A stretch of 64,000 nt of DNA from positions 2,703,307 to 2,767,306 of the forward strand of contig NC_047026.1 in assembly GCF_902652985.1 (NCBI RefSeq). The letters run 5' to 3'. Shown here one piece after another: positions 1 to 12,921 of the stretch. The notes under the pieces are model-generated. The model had not been told where the DNA came from. It made no database searches and saw nothing but the letters and a program-made list of their open reading frames with translations. Numbering within the stretch: position 1 is the stretch's first letter; each line of letters begins with the position of its first letter. A program made the position numbers and the translations under genes. Source of the DNA: Pecten maximus. Its lineage: Eukaryota.

Positions 1-530
1 AAATATTTATTATTTTGAAGTACATGGCAAATAGTGGCCATGAGCAGTAGGCAAGGCATCAAACTCAAGTAATCATTTTAAAACAATCAAAAGTCAGGAA
101 ACAACAGTTACTTACTTATAGCTTGAAAAAAATACTGTAAAGAGTAGTATATTTAACATTTAATTAAATTTTCTTTTTAATTCTAATAACTATATTCATG
201 GTATGAAACTGTTTTGGTTATTTTACAAAGCTCATGCATATGTACATGTATATACATGTATACAGTACTGCCATAACAATATTAACAGAGGCCGTCTGGG
301 TTGACTTGCTTCTGCTCGACCCTCGGCAGTCTGAGAGGTTCATAATGATGTTACACTTGTTACCTTGCTGACATTATAACTAATTATTACTTCACACCAC
401 AATAAATGATTTTACAAGTTCTTGGTACTAAATTAAATCTGTAGGCTACATCTCTATGCGCAACCTGTAACATGCTGATGGCTACATCACTATGGGAACC
501 TGTTATATAATGATGGCTACATCACTATGG

Positions 531-722
531 GGTATCAAACCTGTTTCCAGGGCTTTTTCCGAGGGCTTTTTGAGGCTGTTAATGGGCCCCATTTCCAATT
601 GGATTTTTTTCATTTCAAAGCCAAATACTCAAAATTTGCAGTTTACTCCTGAAAAAATCTTTCCCAATTCACCGATTTCTTCCCAAAATGAGACAAAAAG
701 AAACCAGTGAGAAAAAGTCCTG
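531..722 (+). mobile_element. Dispersed non-autonomous element of about 195 bp, copy 1, embedded in the 35-bp array
   Basis: Near-identical to 2628-2835. Its 3' half recurs at 39775-39885 and, diverged, at about 63440-63590. Its termini (atcactatgggg..aacctgtt / gcatgctgatgg) match the two halves of the 35-bp satellite unit. Confidence 0.6.
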
Positions 723-2627
723 GTTGCATGCTGATGGTTACATCTCTATGGGAACCTGTTACATGTCGATGACTACATCACTATGGGAACCTGTTACATG
801 TCGATGACTACATCACTATGGGGAGCCTGTAACATACTGATGGTTACATCACTATGGGAACCTGTTGCATACTGATGGCTACATCACTATGGGAACCTGT
901 TATATACTGATGACTACATCACTATGGGAACCTGTTACATACTGATGGCTACATCACTATGGGAACCTGTTTCAAGCTGATGACTATATCACTATGGGAA
1001 CCTGTTTCAAGCTAATGGCTACATCACTATGGGAACCTGTAACATACTGATGGTTACATCTCTAAGGGAACATGTTATATACTGATGGCTACATCTCTAT
1101 GGGAACCTGTTTCAAGCTGATGACTATATCACTATGGGGAGCCTGTAACATACTGATGGTTACATCACTATAGGAACCTGTTTCAAGCTGATGGCTACAT
1201 CACTATGGGGAGCCTGTAACATACTGATGGCTACATCACTATGGGGAGCCTGTAACATACTGATGGCTACATCACTATAGGAACCTGTTTCAAGCTGATG
1301 GCTACATCACTATGGGATCCTGGTACATGCTGATGGCTACATCACTATGGGAACCTGTTACATACTGACGGCTACATCACTATGGGAACCTATTACATAC
1401 TGATGGCTACATCACTATGGAGACCAGGAACCTGTTACATGCTGATGGCTACATCACTATGGGAACCTGTTACATACTGATGGCCACATCACTATGGGAA
1501 CCTGTTACATGTTGATGGCTACATCACTATGGGAACCTGTTACATGTTGATGGCTACATCACTATGGGAACCTGTTACATACTGATGGCCACATCTCTAT
1601 GGGAACCTGTTACATGCTGATGGCTACATCACTATGGGAACCTGTTACTTACTGACGGCAACATCACTATGGGAACCTGTTACATGTTGATGGCTACATC
1701 ACTATGGGAACCTGTTACATACTGATGGCTTTGTCACTATGGGAACCTGTTACATGATGATGGTTACATCACTATGGGAACCTGTTACATACTGATGGCT
1801 ACATCACTATGGGAACCCGGTACATGCTGATGGCTACATCACTATGGGAACCTGGTACATGTTGATGGCTACATCTCTATGGAACCTGTTACATGTTGAT
1901 GGCTACATTTCTATGGGAACCTGTTACATACTGATGGTTACATCACTATGGGAAACCAATTACATACTGATGGCTACATCACTATGGGAACCTGTTACAT
2001 GTTGATGGCTACATCACTATGGGAACCTGTAACATACTGATGGTTACATCACTATGGGAACCTGTTACATACTGATGGCTACATCACTATGGGAACCCGG
2101 TACATGCTGATGGCTACATCACTATGGGAACCTGGTACATGCTGATGGCTACATCACTATGGGAAACCAATTACATACTGATGGCTACATCACTATGGGA
2201 ACCTGTTACATGTTGATGGCTACATCACTATGGGAACCTGTTACATACTGATGGTTACATCACTATGGGAACCTGTTACATACTGATGGCTACATCACTA
2301 TGGGAACCCGGTACATGCTGATGGCTTTGTCACTATGGGAACCTGGTACATGCTGATGGCTACATCACTATGGGAACCTGTTACATACTGATGGCTACAT
2401 CACTATGGGAACCTGTTACATACTGATGGCTACATCACTATGGAAACCTGTTACATACTGATGGCTTTGTCACTATGGGAACCTGTTACATGCTGATGGC
2501 TACATCACTATGGGAACCTGTTACATACTGATGGCTACATCACTATATATGGGGAACCTGTTACATGTTGATGGCTACATCACTATGGGGAACCTAGTTC
2601 ATGCTGATGGCTACATCACTATGGGGA

Positions 2628-2835
2628 ATCGAACCTGTTGCCAGGGCTTTTTCTGAGGGCTTTTTGAGGCCGTTAATGGGTCCCATTAATTTCCAATTGG
2701 ATTTTTTTCATTTCAAAGTCAAATTCTCAAAATTTGAAGTTTACTCCTGAAAAAATCTTTCCCAATTCATCAATTTTCTTCCCAAAATGAGACAAAAAGG
2801 TCCCATCCGAAACCAGTGAGAAAAAGTCCTGGCTG
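2628..2835 (+). mobile_element. Dispersed non-autonomous element of about 195 bp, copy 2
   Basis: See copy 1. The flanks are the same. Confidence 0.6.
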
Positions 2836-4697
2836 CATGCTGATGGCTACATCACTATGGGAACCTGTTACATGCTGATGGCTACATCTCCATGGAAACC
2901 TGTTACATGCTGATGGCTACATCACTATGGGAACCTGTTACATACTGATGGCTTGATCATTATGGGAACCTGTAGCATGTTGATGGCTTGATCATTATTA
3001 GGGGGAACCTGTAGCATACTGATGGCTACATCAATATAAATTAGCTAAATTTTACTGTAAAGTCATTGTTATGCACTGTTGTAACTTCCCTTGACCTTTA
3101 CCCTCTGCAGTAACCTGTAAAGAATATATGTCTGATGTATATCTTGTTGTATGTCATAAGGCCATACAGCAACTAATTGTTGGGCCTTCTGCAGGATTAA
3201 TTGGAGGTGGTAAGGTTCTTCAATGTCTTCTGTTTAGGGGGCATATTGGAGAATCCAAGAAAAAGGCCTATTTATGATCATATTGCCTGTTGATCATAGA
3301 AAGCAAACTGTTAAAGGATAATGAAGACATTGACATAGATCTGAAGCCCCTTAATTTTGCAACAATTGAAATAATCATCCTTTCATGATCATTTGCCCAG
3401 TCTTTCCTATCTTTCTTGTCTGCTGTTTCTTTTTGCAATTTGTTTTCTGACTTCTAATGACCTTGGCTGTTGTAAGAACATTAAATCCATAAAAACAAAC
3501 TCTACCTTATGTTTTATTTTATAAAAAGCCTATACCTCTTCTAATTGGAATTTCTTACAAGCTCATTTGATTCATATCTATTGAGTTCATTGAAAATGAT
3601 AGCAAATGCAACTTCGATTTCATTGTCCTGCAATAATTCTGTCACAAAATTTGAGAAAAAAACTTCTCTCACTGGGTTATTCGCGATGGCATGAAATTAA
3701 TAATTATATAATGATAATAGAATCGTCGATTTCATCACCCCATATAACTGAAAAGTCAGATAACTCTATAGATCTAGTTACACCTGCATTGTGCATGCCA
3801 ATTAAACCAAAGTAATTGGTTTTGATTGAATTCATGTTTGTTAGCTGTCTAATATAACAGAATAATATATATTACTTAAAACGGGAAAAATAATAATTGC
3901 CAGACATTGCTTAAGAATTCTAGAATATATTTAATGCGAGATGTTTTTAATTATTTTTTTCATAATTACACTGACATTTTCCCACTCTGGATAATTGCCT
4001 ATGTGTGATTCTGTTATCGATTATCATATGTCCCTTTGCATGAGACTCTTCAAGAGCAGACGCTCAAATATGACTGATGATGATGATCAACGCATTTAAT
4101 TAAAAAAATAATGAAGATGTGTTGATATATTCTGCCAACGTCGCATTTCAGGAAAACAGAGCGGTCGGTCCATTACACCATCTTTTTGATGTTTACCTTT
4201 CAATGAGCAACAACTACGTCCCCTGTTCTGGTTCATCCATCGATCTAGAACTTCCTTTCACTCCGATAAATAAAATTACAATTAATTCTTCAACTATATG
4301 CACTGTCCACTTGTAGATAGGCCTAATATGTTCACTCTTCTGTCAAACGTCAAAGACACCATACTGTTGGGAGCCCGGATGCAGGGATCGTTCATTGTAC
4401 ATGTTTGTATTCTTTTGAATATTTTATCGGTTGGGTATCTTTAAAACATGAAATATATCAGATTTATATCTTATTAATATTTGAATATAGAAAATAACAA
4501 TAAGAGAAATAATCAAAGGTTAAGTGTAATATATAAATATAATTACTTGAAATCGAAAAGAAAATGCGGAAATAATTGCCCGACAATGACTTGACATTTG
4601 TATTTGCATTACCCCGTCATTCAGACGCTTATTCTTTGATTGTATTCTTTACTGACAAACGTTCAGTTACGCTAGATTTTAATCCCAAACTGGAGAG

Positions 4698-4816
4698 ATG
4701 GCGGACATTTCAACTTTTCAAGCACTTGATCTTCCACCGATTTCAAAGATTAAATTTGATTTGGTTCGCGCAACAAGGGAATGCTCACAGAGAAAACTCC
4801 TTAATAGTGCAAAATG
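4698..4816 (+). CDS. CDC23: CDC23/APC8 coding exon 1 (start codon; MADISTFQALDLPPISKIKFDLVRATRECSQRKLLNSAKW)
   Basis: ATG at 4698 in a gagATGg context, matching the ORF track 4698..4898. The encoded peptide aligns to the human CDC23 N-terminus (DFSDLREIKKQLLLIAGLTRERGLLHSSKW). The donor is GTTTGT at 4817, splitting the Trp codon (tg|g) to fit the phase of exon 2. Confidence 0.7.
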
Positions 4817-5192
4817 GTTTGTATTTAGCGTTATACGAGAGCTGAATTCTAGTGCAAAACTACACTGCCTTCCTGCACTATGCATTGTCAGCTTATAATT
4901 AGAATCATCATATCCTTCCACAAGTCAATATGATCATGATATCGGGGCCCAAAGACCGACCGAAGTAGCCACTGCCTCCTTAAATAGAGCGAACAGCCAT
5001 TGTCTAATTCGAACAGTATATTACCTCAGTGAAGCGGAAATATCTAAAAAAAAATCAAGAAATTAAAACTAGATTAAACAGGTCAGGGTGAAGTCCTGAT
5101 TTCACTATTACTACAATATAGCTATTCGCTGGTTGGGGAAAACCACAAACATGCCTATTATACAACAATTCAGGTATAGCTTTGTAACTAGG

Positions 5193-5997
5193 ATAACCAA
5201 AATCCTTATAAATTATCTTTGTAAAAAATTTCGTCCAAGTCTAATTTATAAAGTTTTGAAACACAAAAATGGAATTTATTTGTGTGAGGAAAATTCAAAT
5301 TGATGCAATATTTCTGGGGAAGTAACACCAAAAAAAATAAAACTTTCTAAGTAGCCAATGCTTTCAGTAAATATCTTTTGGTAAAATATTTACCTTAATT
5401 GTCATAAATGAATGCGATATTAATTAATATATTGCAAAATTCATGGTTCAAGATATTTTGGCTATTATTAATAACAAATCCGGGATCCATACTCCAGCTG
5501 GTATGCGATAGGCGAGTAAGCATATTATATGGCAGTTGGTGCTTGGTGCTTTCCCTAACCTGTTACAGTATTACAAGTATTAGCTTTCCAAAAATGTAAT
5601 AATGACCAAAATCCTTATAAATGAACTTTGTAAAAATTTCATCCAAGTCAAATTTATTTTGTTTTGAAACACAAAAAAAAACTAAATTTATTTGTGTGTG
5701 GGAAATTACCAAAAATTCAAATTGATGCAATATTTCTGGTGGAGTAACACCAAAATAAACTACTTTCCAAGTAGCCAATGCTTTCAGTAATATCTTTTGG
5801 TAAAATATTTACCTTAATTGTCATAATGCGACATTGATTAATATATTGCAAAATTTATGGTTCAAGAAATTTTGGCTATTATTAGTAACAAATCCATACT
5901 CCAGCTGGTGTCCGATAGGCGAGTAAGCATATTATATGGCAATTGGTGGTTTCCCCCAACCTGTTACAGTATCACAAGTATTAGCTTTCCAAAAAGG
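5193..5997. repeat. Tandem duplication of an approximately 405-bp unit, two copies (5193-5597 and 5601-5997), in CDC23 intron 1
   Basis: The two units are about 90% identical by direct comparison. Confidence 0.85.
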
Positions 5998-6131
5998 TTA
6001 AGAGGGCTAACAGTATTATTATTATTAGTAAGCAGTTATATATAGTAAAGTTTGAGATAGTTGGGTATCACGTAGTTAAGCTTAGGAGTTATTTATGAGA
6101 TATAACTTGATATTAAGTGCATCCACGAATA

Positions 6132-6350
6132 GGGGCCGCGGTGGCCGAGTGGTTAAGGTGTCCCGACACTTTAACACTAGCCCTCCACCTCTGGGTTGCG
6201 AGTTCGAAACCTACGTGGGGCAGTTGCCAGGTACTGACCGTAGGTCGGTGGTTTTTCTCCGGGTACTCCGTCTTTCCTCCACCTCCAAAACCTGGCACGT
6301 CCTTAAATGACCCTGGCTGTTAATAGGACGTTAAAGAAAAACAAACATCC
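6132..6350 (+). mobile_element. tRNA-derived SINE, copy 1 (A box tggccgagtggttaagg, B box gggttgcgagttcgaaacc, conserved tail gaccctggctgttaataggacgttaa, A-rich end)
   Basis: Three copies in the window share more than 85% identity (6132, 11974, 31793). Confidence 0.7.
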
Positions 6351-6870
6351 ACGAATGGACAACTCTTAACCTGTTGGGCAGGTGTTGTGGAGTTCCTGTC
6401 ATACACATGCTTCCATGATTTTATTGATTTCTGACCATGACCATAGTTAAACAACAGCAGTGCTGTGCATAGAATTTCAGATTTTGGTATATTTTATTGA
6501 AAACCACAACTTTTTGTTTATCAAAAACACTGCTGTTTGAAGACTTTTCACTGATTTTCACCAATTTTGATGTTTCTGAAATTGCCATTTTTCGAAAGCT
6601 GTAAAAACTAAGAAATTTGTCAAAAAATGAAAACTGTTCGAAAAAAAAGTTGTTGGCACTCTCAATCGTAAAATGAAAAGAATCTCACAAAATCTATACT
6701 GCTTTGACTTCTGAAGGAGTTCTCAAACTATTGAAATTAAAATGTGACATTTCAATTGATCATGAGCTGTTATTCTGGTGTGACAGTTTTTTCGTGTGTT
6801 ACCGTTCCTAAACAGTGATAACTTTAACCTATGTATCATTGTGACATTTGTTTTCTTTAATCATTTTCAG

Positions 6871-6940
6871 GGCTGCTGAAATGTCATATGGTTTAGAAGT
6901 TCAGCTAGAACCATCTCAGTTGCGACATCAAGACAGGGAT
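6871..6940 (+). CDS. CDC23: CDC23 exon 2 ((W)AAEMSYGLEVQLEPSQLRHQDRD)
   Basis: Acceptor tcattttcag|g and donor |gtaagt. The phase links exon 1 to exon 3. KW-AAEMSYGL parallels human KW-SAELAFSL. Confidence 0.7.
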
Positions 6941-7656
6941 GTAAGTTTGTATGACATGACGACATGATGTTCTACCAAAGTTACACTTCCGGCATGATCA
7001 ACCTGTATGATCTGGGAAACAGTTACTTTTGAATTGTAATGGAAGATAATTGAAACAATGATGGAGGACAACTGTTGTTGGTTTAGCATTCAAGTTTAAT
7101 CCTTAATCTTTAACTATCTTCTATCTTATTTTGATAACTTTTAGAAAGGTTGTTGTATTGAAGGGGTTTCCCTGACACAGGTTTCCTGCATCTTAGATGC
7201 AGAAATATACATAAACAACTCCCAAACTAAATGTCTGTGTATCCTTGAGATGCATTATAATTCCAAAATCTTCCCATTCAGTGAAAAAATAACATTTAAT
7301 TTCAACTGACACTAGTATTTTATTGCATTTGTGTATTATTACTTAAGGCAACAGGGTTATATATACTTAATGACCATCTTGGATGCTGGAACTGCTAATT
7401 AAAATTAGACTTGTTATTTCCATTCCTCTAAGATACTCTACGATACACTGCAATACAATTTTTCATAGAGGAATGGAAATAACAAGTCTAATTTTAATTG
7501 TGCTTTACCATGATTTTGTCTCTTTCAAAATGTCATGGGACTCCTGGATTTCAAAATGGGACTTCCAATTTTCACATCTGATAGTCTGTGCCACCCTGCA
7601 TAACAAAATTACACGGAAAACCCTGGTATTGTACATGTATACTGTATCTGTTCTAG

Positions 7657-7837
7657 GACTTTCTGAAAGAGTATGACCAGTATACTCTAGCGGTTAGTTA
7701 CTTTGACCTGAAGGAGTATGACAGGGCTGCCCACTTCGTCCATGATTGTCACAGCAGCCAGGCCTACTTTCTTTACATGTACTCTCGCTATCTTGCCGAG
7801 GAGAAACGCAAAAATGACAATGCATCAGACTCCATAG
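7657..7837 (+). CDS. CDC23: CDC23 exon 3 (DFLKEYDQYTLAVSYFDLKEYDRAAHFVHDCHSSQAYFLYMYSRYLAEEKRKNDNASDSI)
   Basis: Acceptor ctgttctag| and donor g|gttggt. Strong identity to human YTLAKAYFDVKEYDRAAHFLHGCNSKKAYFLYMYSRYLSGEKKKDDE. Confidence 0.85.
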
Positions 7838-8634
7838 GTTGGTTGAATGTAGACTTAAAGTATTGTAAACTTAGAAGTGGAGTTAATGAAAAAGACATTA
7901 ATGGTACACAGCATCAAATTACTTCTTAATGCAAGGAAGTTTAAGAAAATGAAGCACTGAAATCTCATCTCAGGAATAAGTTTCTTAAATGTCTTGTCTA
8001 AACTATTTTACCACGCAGAGAGAAATGATTATCCAATGGAATATTTTCATTCAATTTGGTTGATAATTGAATTTCTTTTATCTTTAACAAATCCGGTTTA
8101 ATGATTTTATTTTATTTTATTTTATCTGGTTACCGGTCAATACAAGCATTAAAAATGTGTGGCAATCTTATTGGACAAAAACAGGTAATGATATATAAGG
8201 GGATTTGTACTGTATGTTACATCTTTTTCACACACAAAAAGTGTTAATACAGGTATTATTCAATAAGCACTCCTTGTTAATCTTATGTTCTAATTAGTAA
8301 CATTGATGTTGCTCAGGTAAGTATCAAGACCCCATGGACCTCTTGCTATCAATACATTGTAAAACCTGGTACTCTGATCAAGGCAAATAAGAGTGATTAA
8401 GATAAGTTTAATGATAACTTGTTTTGTTGATATATATACGTGTTGCAAAACAATAAATCAAAAGTTTATAATTTTTAAATATTTTGGTTGAAATTTGTGA
8501 TTGTTTTTTCTTCACACAAATACATTAGTCAAGGTATAATAGACAACTAGCTATTTGATTGCTTTACAACCCTGAGGTATGGACAGATGTTTGAAAATGT
8601 TTTTATCTTGATTTTGACAAAATTTATTATAAAG

Positions 8635-8734
8635 GTCCCCCTAATAAACTGGAAAATGAGCAGTTGAAGACCCTCAAAATGGAGCTGTGTAAAAAATATG
8701 CCAACAAGGAACTCGATGGATTTTGTTTGTATCT
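8635..8734 (+). CDS. CDC23: CDC23 exon 4 (GPPNKLENEQLKTLKMELCKKYANKELDGFCLYL)
   Basis: Acceptor aaag| and donor ct|gtaagt. Matches human LGPLEKGQVKNEALRELRVELSKKHQARELDGFGLYL. Confidence 0.85.
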
Positions 8735-9220
8735 GTAAGTGGTGATAAAGTGTTTTTGTAAAAATATCTTATATTGTAAGTGATTAGTTTATAAAACGCA
8801 ATAGTCTTGCTGTAATTTGATGTAAATGTGTTTTGAGAAGTTTAAGTTTAATACAGCTGTTTATTTTATGCATAATAATTTTATTTTACACTTTTTGGTT
8901 TTATTTGAATATTATATGCATGTCTCCAGGAAAAATGATTTTAATGCATGGTATTATTTATCTATTGATATTTGTTTGGATACCTGGTAACTACATACAA
9001 TTCTTTGGTAGGGTTTAACCATTTTGTTTACTTACAGGTGTAATATTTAAGTAGTTCTATACAGAATTAGTTTCAATACTCACTTTAATCAGAGCAAACT
9101 TTCATGGACAACTAGCTAGCTATAAAATAGTTGTTTCCATTAAATGTTTGCCGCTGATTTTATCACCATCTCTTCGATTGAGTATGTGTATCATCAAACA
9201 TATTGATTTCATGGTTAAAA

Positions 9221-9630
9221 CAGAGTTGTTGCCCTTTGTGTAAAACATTACAGAGTTATTGCCCATTATGTAATACATTACAGAGTTATTGCCCCTTGTG
9301 TAAAACATTGCATAGTTATTGTCCTTTGTGTATATCATTACAGAGTTATTGCCCTTTGTGTATAACATTACAGAGTTATTGCCCTTTGTGTATAACATTA
9401 CAGAGTTATTGTCCTTTGTGTAAAACATTACAGAGTTATTGCCCTTGTGTATAACATTACAGAGTTATTGTCCTTTGTGTAGAACATTACAGAGTTATTG
9501 CCCTTTATGTATAACATTACAGAGTTATTGCCCTTTGTGTATAACATTACAGAGTTATTGTCCTTTGTGTAGAACATTACAGAGTTATTGCCCTTTGTGT
9601 AGAACATTACAGAGTTATTGCCCTTTGTGT
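9221..9630. repeat. 30-bp minisatellite (cattacagagttattgccctttgtgtataa), about 14 copies, in CDC23 intron 4
   Basis: The 30-nt period is visible. It generates the spurious CPLC-repeat ORFs 9203..9454 and 9439..9687. Confidence 0.9.
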
Positions 9631-9796
9631 ATTGAAGAGATCACAGAGAATATGGTACACTCAAAAATAAATGTCTTTTTCATCTGAAATAAGATGTCAT
9701 ATAAGCTCACAATTTACAAAACGATTTGTTTGCCTATTCGCTTAGCATATTGATTGTTACATTGGCAAAGAAGTATATCTGTAAACTATTCACCAG

Positions 9797-9929
9797 GTAT
9801 GGAGTAGTTCTGAAGAAGTTGGAGCTGATTAAAGAGTCTATGGAGATATTTGTAGAGGCCATAGCACAGGAGCCATTACACTGGGGGGCGTGGCAGGAGC
9901 TGGCTGGTCTTATTACAGATAAGGAAACG
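9797..9929 (+). CDS. CDC23: CDC23 exon 5 (YGVVLKKLELIKESMEIFVEAIAQEPLHWGAWQELAGLITDKET)
   Basis: Acceptor caccag| and donor acg|gtaagt. Matches human YGVVLRKLDLVKEAIDVFVEATHVLPLHWGAWLELCNLITDKEM. Confidence 0.9.
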
Positions 9930-10380
9930 GTAAGTGTTTCAGCAGTCACTGTTATAAAGGCTACACATTAGATGGTCTTCATGTGAAGCGATGATAGCTC
10001 AGTTGGTAAGCAATGTAGCCTTGAGTGAAGATTCATGACAAGTGTCAATCAAAGTTGAGACGGAAGACAAGCTTGCGTAGATGTAGTTGTGGTTGTGTCT
10101 TTCAGAAAGATACTTTACTCTAGTTGCTCTGGATTAGAGATAGCATGCAATAGGTTTTTTACATGTTGTTCAATGAGGTAGTCACCAGCTACTACAAATG
10201 AAACACTGTCTCAAAATAGCCCTAACGAATAAATCCAGCTAACTATCCTCTATAGATGATTTAATTCATTTGGACGATCAGATCAGATTCTATTTATTGA
10301 AATAATGTATCTATAAAAAAAAAGATAAAATAAATCTTAAATCTAAAATAAAGACATTTACATGTGTGGTGCTGTTACAG

Positions 10381-10558
10381 CTACTATCACTGTACCTGCC
10401 AAATCACTGGATAAAGAACGTGTTTCTAGCCCACATATACCTCCAGCTTCAACTCAACGAGGAGGCCATGAAGATCTACCAGAGCTTGGCGGAGAATGGC
10501 TTCGCCAAGAGTTCCTATATTGTATCCCAGATAGCTGTGGCTTACCACAACATGAGAG
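10381..10558 (+). CDS. CDC23: CDC23 exon 6 (LLSLYLPNHWIKNVFLAHIYLQLQLNEEAMKIYQSLAENGFAKSSYIVSQIAVAYHNMR)
   Basis: Acceptor gctgttacag| and donor g|gtcatt. Matches human FLAHIYTELQLIEEALQKYQNLIDVGFSKSSYIVSQIAVAYHNIR. Confidence 0.9.
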
Positions 10559-10574
10559 GTCATTAAATCATGTA

Positions 10575-10788
10575 CTGTAAACGCTGAAATTAATGCAAGG
10601 GGGAAATCTACGCTAATTACGCTGACTCCATTTGTTCGCGAAAATTTCCCTCACATGTATTATTTTGATATCAATTTCAATGATCTTGAACTACAAGGAA
10701 AAGTGGATCGATCGCAAAAATTACCCCCACGCATATAGTTTACGTATTGAAATCGGGAAATTAACCCCCGCGAAAATAATGTTTACAG
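10575..10788 (+). mobile_element. MITE copy 1, Tc1/mariner-like, terminal inverted repeat CTGTAAACG...CGTTTACAG, flanked by TA
   Basis: The inverted termini are visible. Homologous copies lie at 12694-12921, 36103-36348 and 38211-38431. Confidence 0.7.
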
Positions 10789-10847
10789 TATTTTGTTCCA
10801 ACAAAAGAACTCCAGGTTTCATACTTTAGATATAGAGGATCCTACAG

Positions 10848-11155
10848 GCTAGTTGAATTTCGTAACAGAAGGGAATAATTCTGTGCTATCGGATTATTGG
10901 GGATTCTGTAGTTCAATTTTGTGACAGAAGGGAATATTTCTGTAATATCAGATTATTGGGGGTTCCGTAGTTTGATTTTGTGATGGAAGGGAATATTTCT
11001 GTAATATCAGATTATCGGGGGTTCCGTAGTTTGATTTTGTGTCAGAAGTGAATATTTCTGCACTGTCAAATTATTGGGGGTTCCATAGTTTGATTTTCTG
11101 ACGGAAGGGAATGTTTCTGTAATATCGGATTATAAGTGATTCCGTAGTTTGATTA
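10848..11155. repeat. Tandem repeat of about 60 bp, 5 copies, in CDC23 intron 6
   Basis: tagtttgattttgtgatggaagggaatatttctgtaatatcagattatcgggggttccg is reiterated. Confidence 0.85.
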
Positions 11156-11181
11156 TTGACTTTGACCTTTTTTTGTTTCAG

Positions 11182-11279
11182 ATGTTGATCAGGCAATGAC
11201 AGTGTTTACAGAGCTACAAGAAATGGATCCCTACAGATTAGAAAACATGGACATCTTCTCCAATCTGTTGTACATCAAG
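11182..11279 (+). CDS. CDC23: CDC23 exon 7 (DVDQAMTVFTELQEMDPYRLENMDIFSNLLYIK)
   Basis: Acceptor ttttgtttcag| and donor aag|gtaata. Matches human DIDKALSIFNELRKQDPYRIENMDTFSNLLYVR. Confidence 0.9.
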
Positions 11280-11973
11280 GTAATATTTAATACATTATAG
11301 TTAGTTATTTTCGCACTTAAAAAAATTCACAACTTTCATTTAAAATGAAAGAATTTATTAGAAAATTCAATAAATTTAATTTTGGCAGTATGGCTATTAA
11401 AAAGATCATTATCAAAGTTTTACGATTATTGATTGAGCATGCAAACACCAGTATGGTTCAACGAGATCGAATGATTATTTATGTTTATAAATTTTTCAGT
11501 TTTGTTGATGTAAACTTTCTTACTCATTCACCGTTGATATCTGTAGATCAGATGTAGTCACAGGAAAATAAATAATTAGTCCCCTACCGGTGAAACTTGG
11601 GGAGGTTATGGGTTTCCTCCCCTTCCTCCTTACCATCTTATGCATATGTACGCATCACCAAGTTTATCAGCGATCTAGTTGCTTCATTCCTTGAAGGATT
11701 TTTATAAAATTTCATACAATGATTAAGGACTAAAATGTCTTGGACAAGTTCAAGTTTAAGGGTTTTTGTGTCAAGGTCACTGTTACTGTTTATAGCAGGG
11801 GTCAGGGGACTTTGAGTCAAGGTCACTGTGACTATTTAAAGCGGGGGTCAGTAGGGGACATGTATTGCTTAAGCAATACTTACTGTATGCTTGGTTTGTT
11901 AAAAAAAATGTTACATTGTATGACAGTGTATGAGGTAGGTCAACTCACCAGCGCCATGTGGTGGGAATTTCCA

Positions 11974-12180
11974 GGGGCCGCGGTGGTTAAGTTGTTCCGA
12001 CACTTTATCACTAGCCCTCCACATCTGAGTTGCGAGTTCGAAACCTAAGTGGGGCAGTTGCCTGGTACTGACCATAGGCCAGTGTTTTTTTTCCGGGTAC
12101 TCCGGCTTTCCTCCACCTCCAAACCTGGCACGTCCTTAAATGACCCTGGCTGTTAAAAGGACGTTAAACAAAACCAACCA
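11974..12180 (+). mobile_element. tRNA-derived SINE, copy 2
   Basis: Same family as 6132-6350. Confidence 0.7.
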
Positions 12181-12359
12181 AATGGGAATTACAATTTATC
12201 CTAGCGATATGAGAACAAGTGTTGCTACGTGGCATATGGCCAGTGTACTGTTCGTTACTCTTTTCTTTTACAAATGGATAATATGTTGTACAACAATATC
12301 TGACATTACTACTACAACCCCTTACCTGTTAAGTCTGTGACGGTTCCTCTCTATTGTAG

Positions 12360-12441
12360 GAGATGAGGGCTGAGCTGGCCAACTTAGCTCACAAGTGCTG
12401 TGACATCGATAAATACCGAGTTGAGACCTGCTGTGTTATTG
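12360..12441 (+). CDS. CDC23: CDC23 exon 8 (EMRAELANLAHKCCDIDKYRVETCCVI)
   Basis: Acceptor ctctattgtag| and donor g|gtgagt. Matches human SELSYLAHNLCEIDKYRVETCCVIG. Confidence 0.9.
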
Positions 12442-12693
12442 GTGAGTAATCTAGTTACTGACATACCCATACACCCACCACAGCTCTGGCCAGCCCAGTC
12501 ATAAGTTACCATTAATCCAGTTTTCTTTTCATTATTCGGCCATCTTTAATCCAGTTGTCCCACTATCAACCAACCATTTTTGAGATTTTTCTTTCTCTCT
12601 ACATTGTACCATCATTGACACAAAACTCAACAGTTTGAATCTCCTATTGTGCTTATGAATTTAATATCTTCTGAAATATTGGGATGAATTATA

Positions 12694-12921
12694 CTGTAAG
12701 TGTGGACTTACACGAGGAAGAAAATTATGCTAATTACGGGGAGTCATTTTGATCATGAAAATTTCTCCACATATATTATGACTGTATTTGTATATCAATT
12801 TGCCTAATCTCGAACTATACTGCAAATGGTTGGATCAATCGTGAAAATTACTGCCTAGCATATAGTTTAAATATTGACATCGCGAAATTAACCTCCCCTC
12901 GAAAATAACAATGTTTACAGT
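12694..12921 (+). mobile_element. MITE copy 2, slightly diverged terminal inverted repeat CTGTAAGTG...GTTTACAG
   Basis: About 80% identical to copy 1 along its length. Confidence 0.6.

Larger units (their letters stand above)
443..3035. repeat. 35-bp minisatellite array (consensus ggctacatcactatgggaacctgttacatactgat), about 60 copies, interrupted by two copies of a roughly 200-bp element
   Basis: The 35-nt period is visible directly in the sequence (for example, cctgt recurs at 1501, 1536 and 1571). Confidence 0.95.

Noticed and set aside
443-3035. Regularly spaced 35-bp direct repeats could superficially suggest a CRISPR array
   Set aside because: The units are contiguous with no unique spacers, and the context is eukaryotic with spliced genes. 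It is a minisatellite.
4576-4921. ORFs 4576..4845 and 4718..4921(-) overlapping CDC23 exon 1
   Set aside because: They are out of frame with, or antisense to, the well-supported CDC23 start exon.
6095-6323. ORFs overlapping the tRNA-derived SINE copies (also 11740-12048 and 31758-31949)
   Set aside because: The same sequences recur as SINE copies, so these are not protein-coding.
9203-9687. ORFs encoding CPLC(K/I)TLQSY repeats
   Set aside because: They are translations of the 30-bp intronic minisatellite in CDC23 intron 4.
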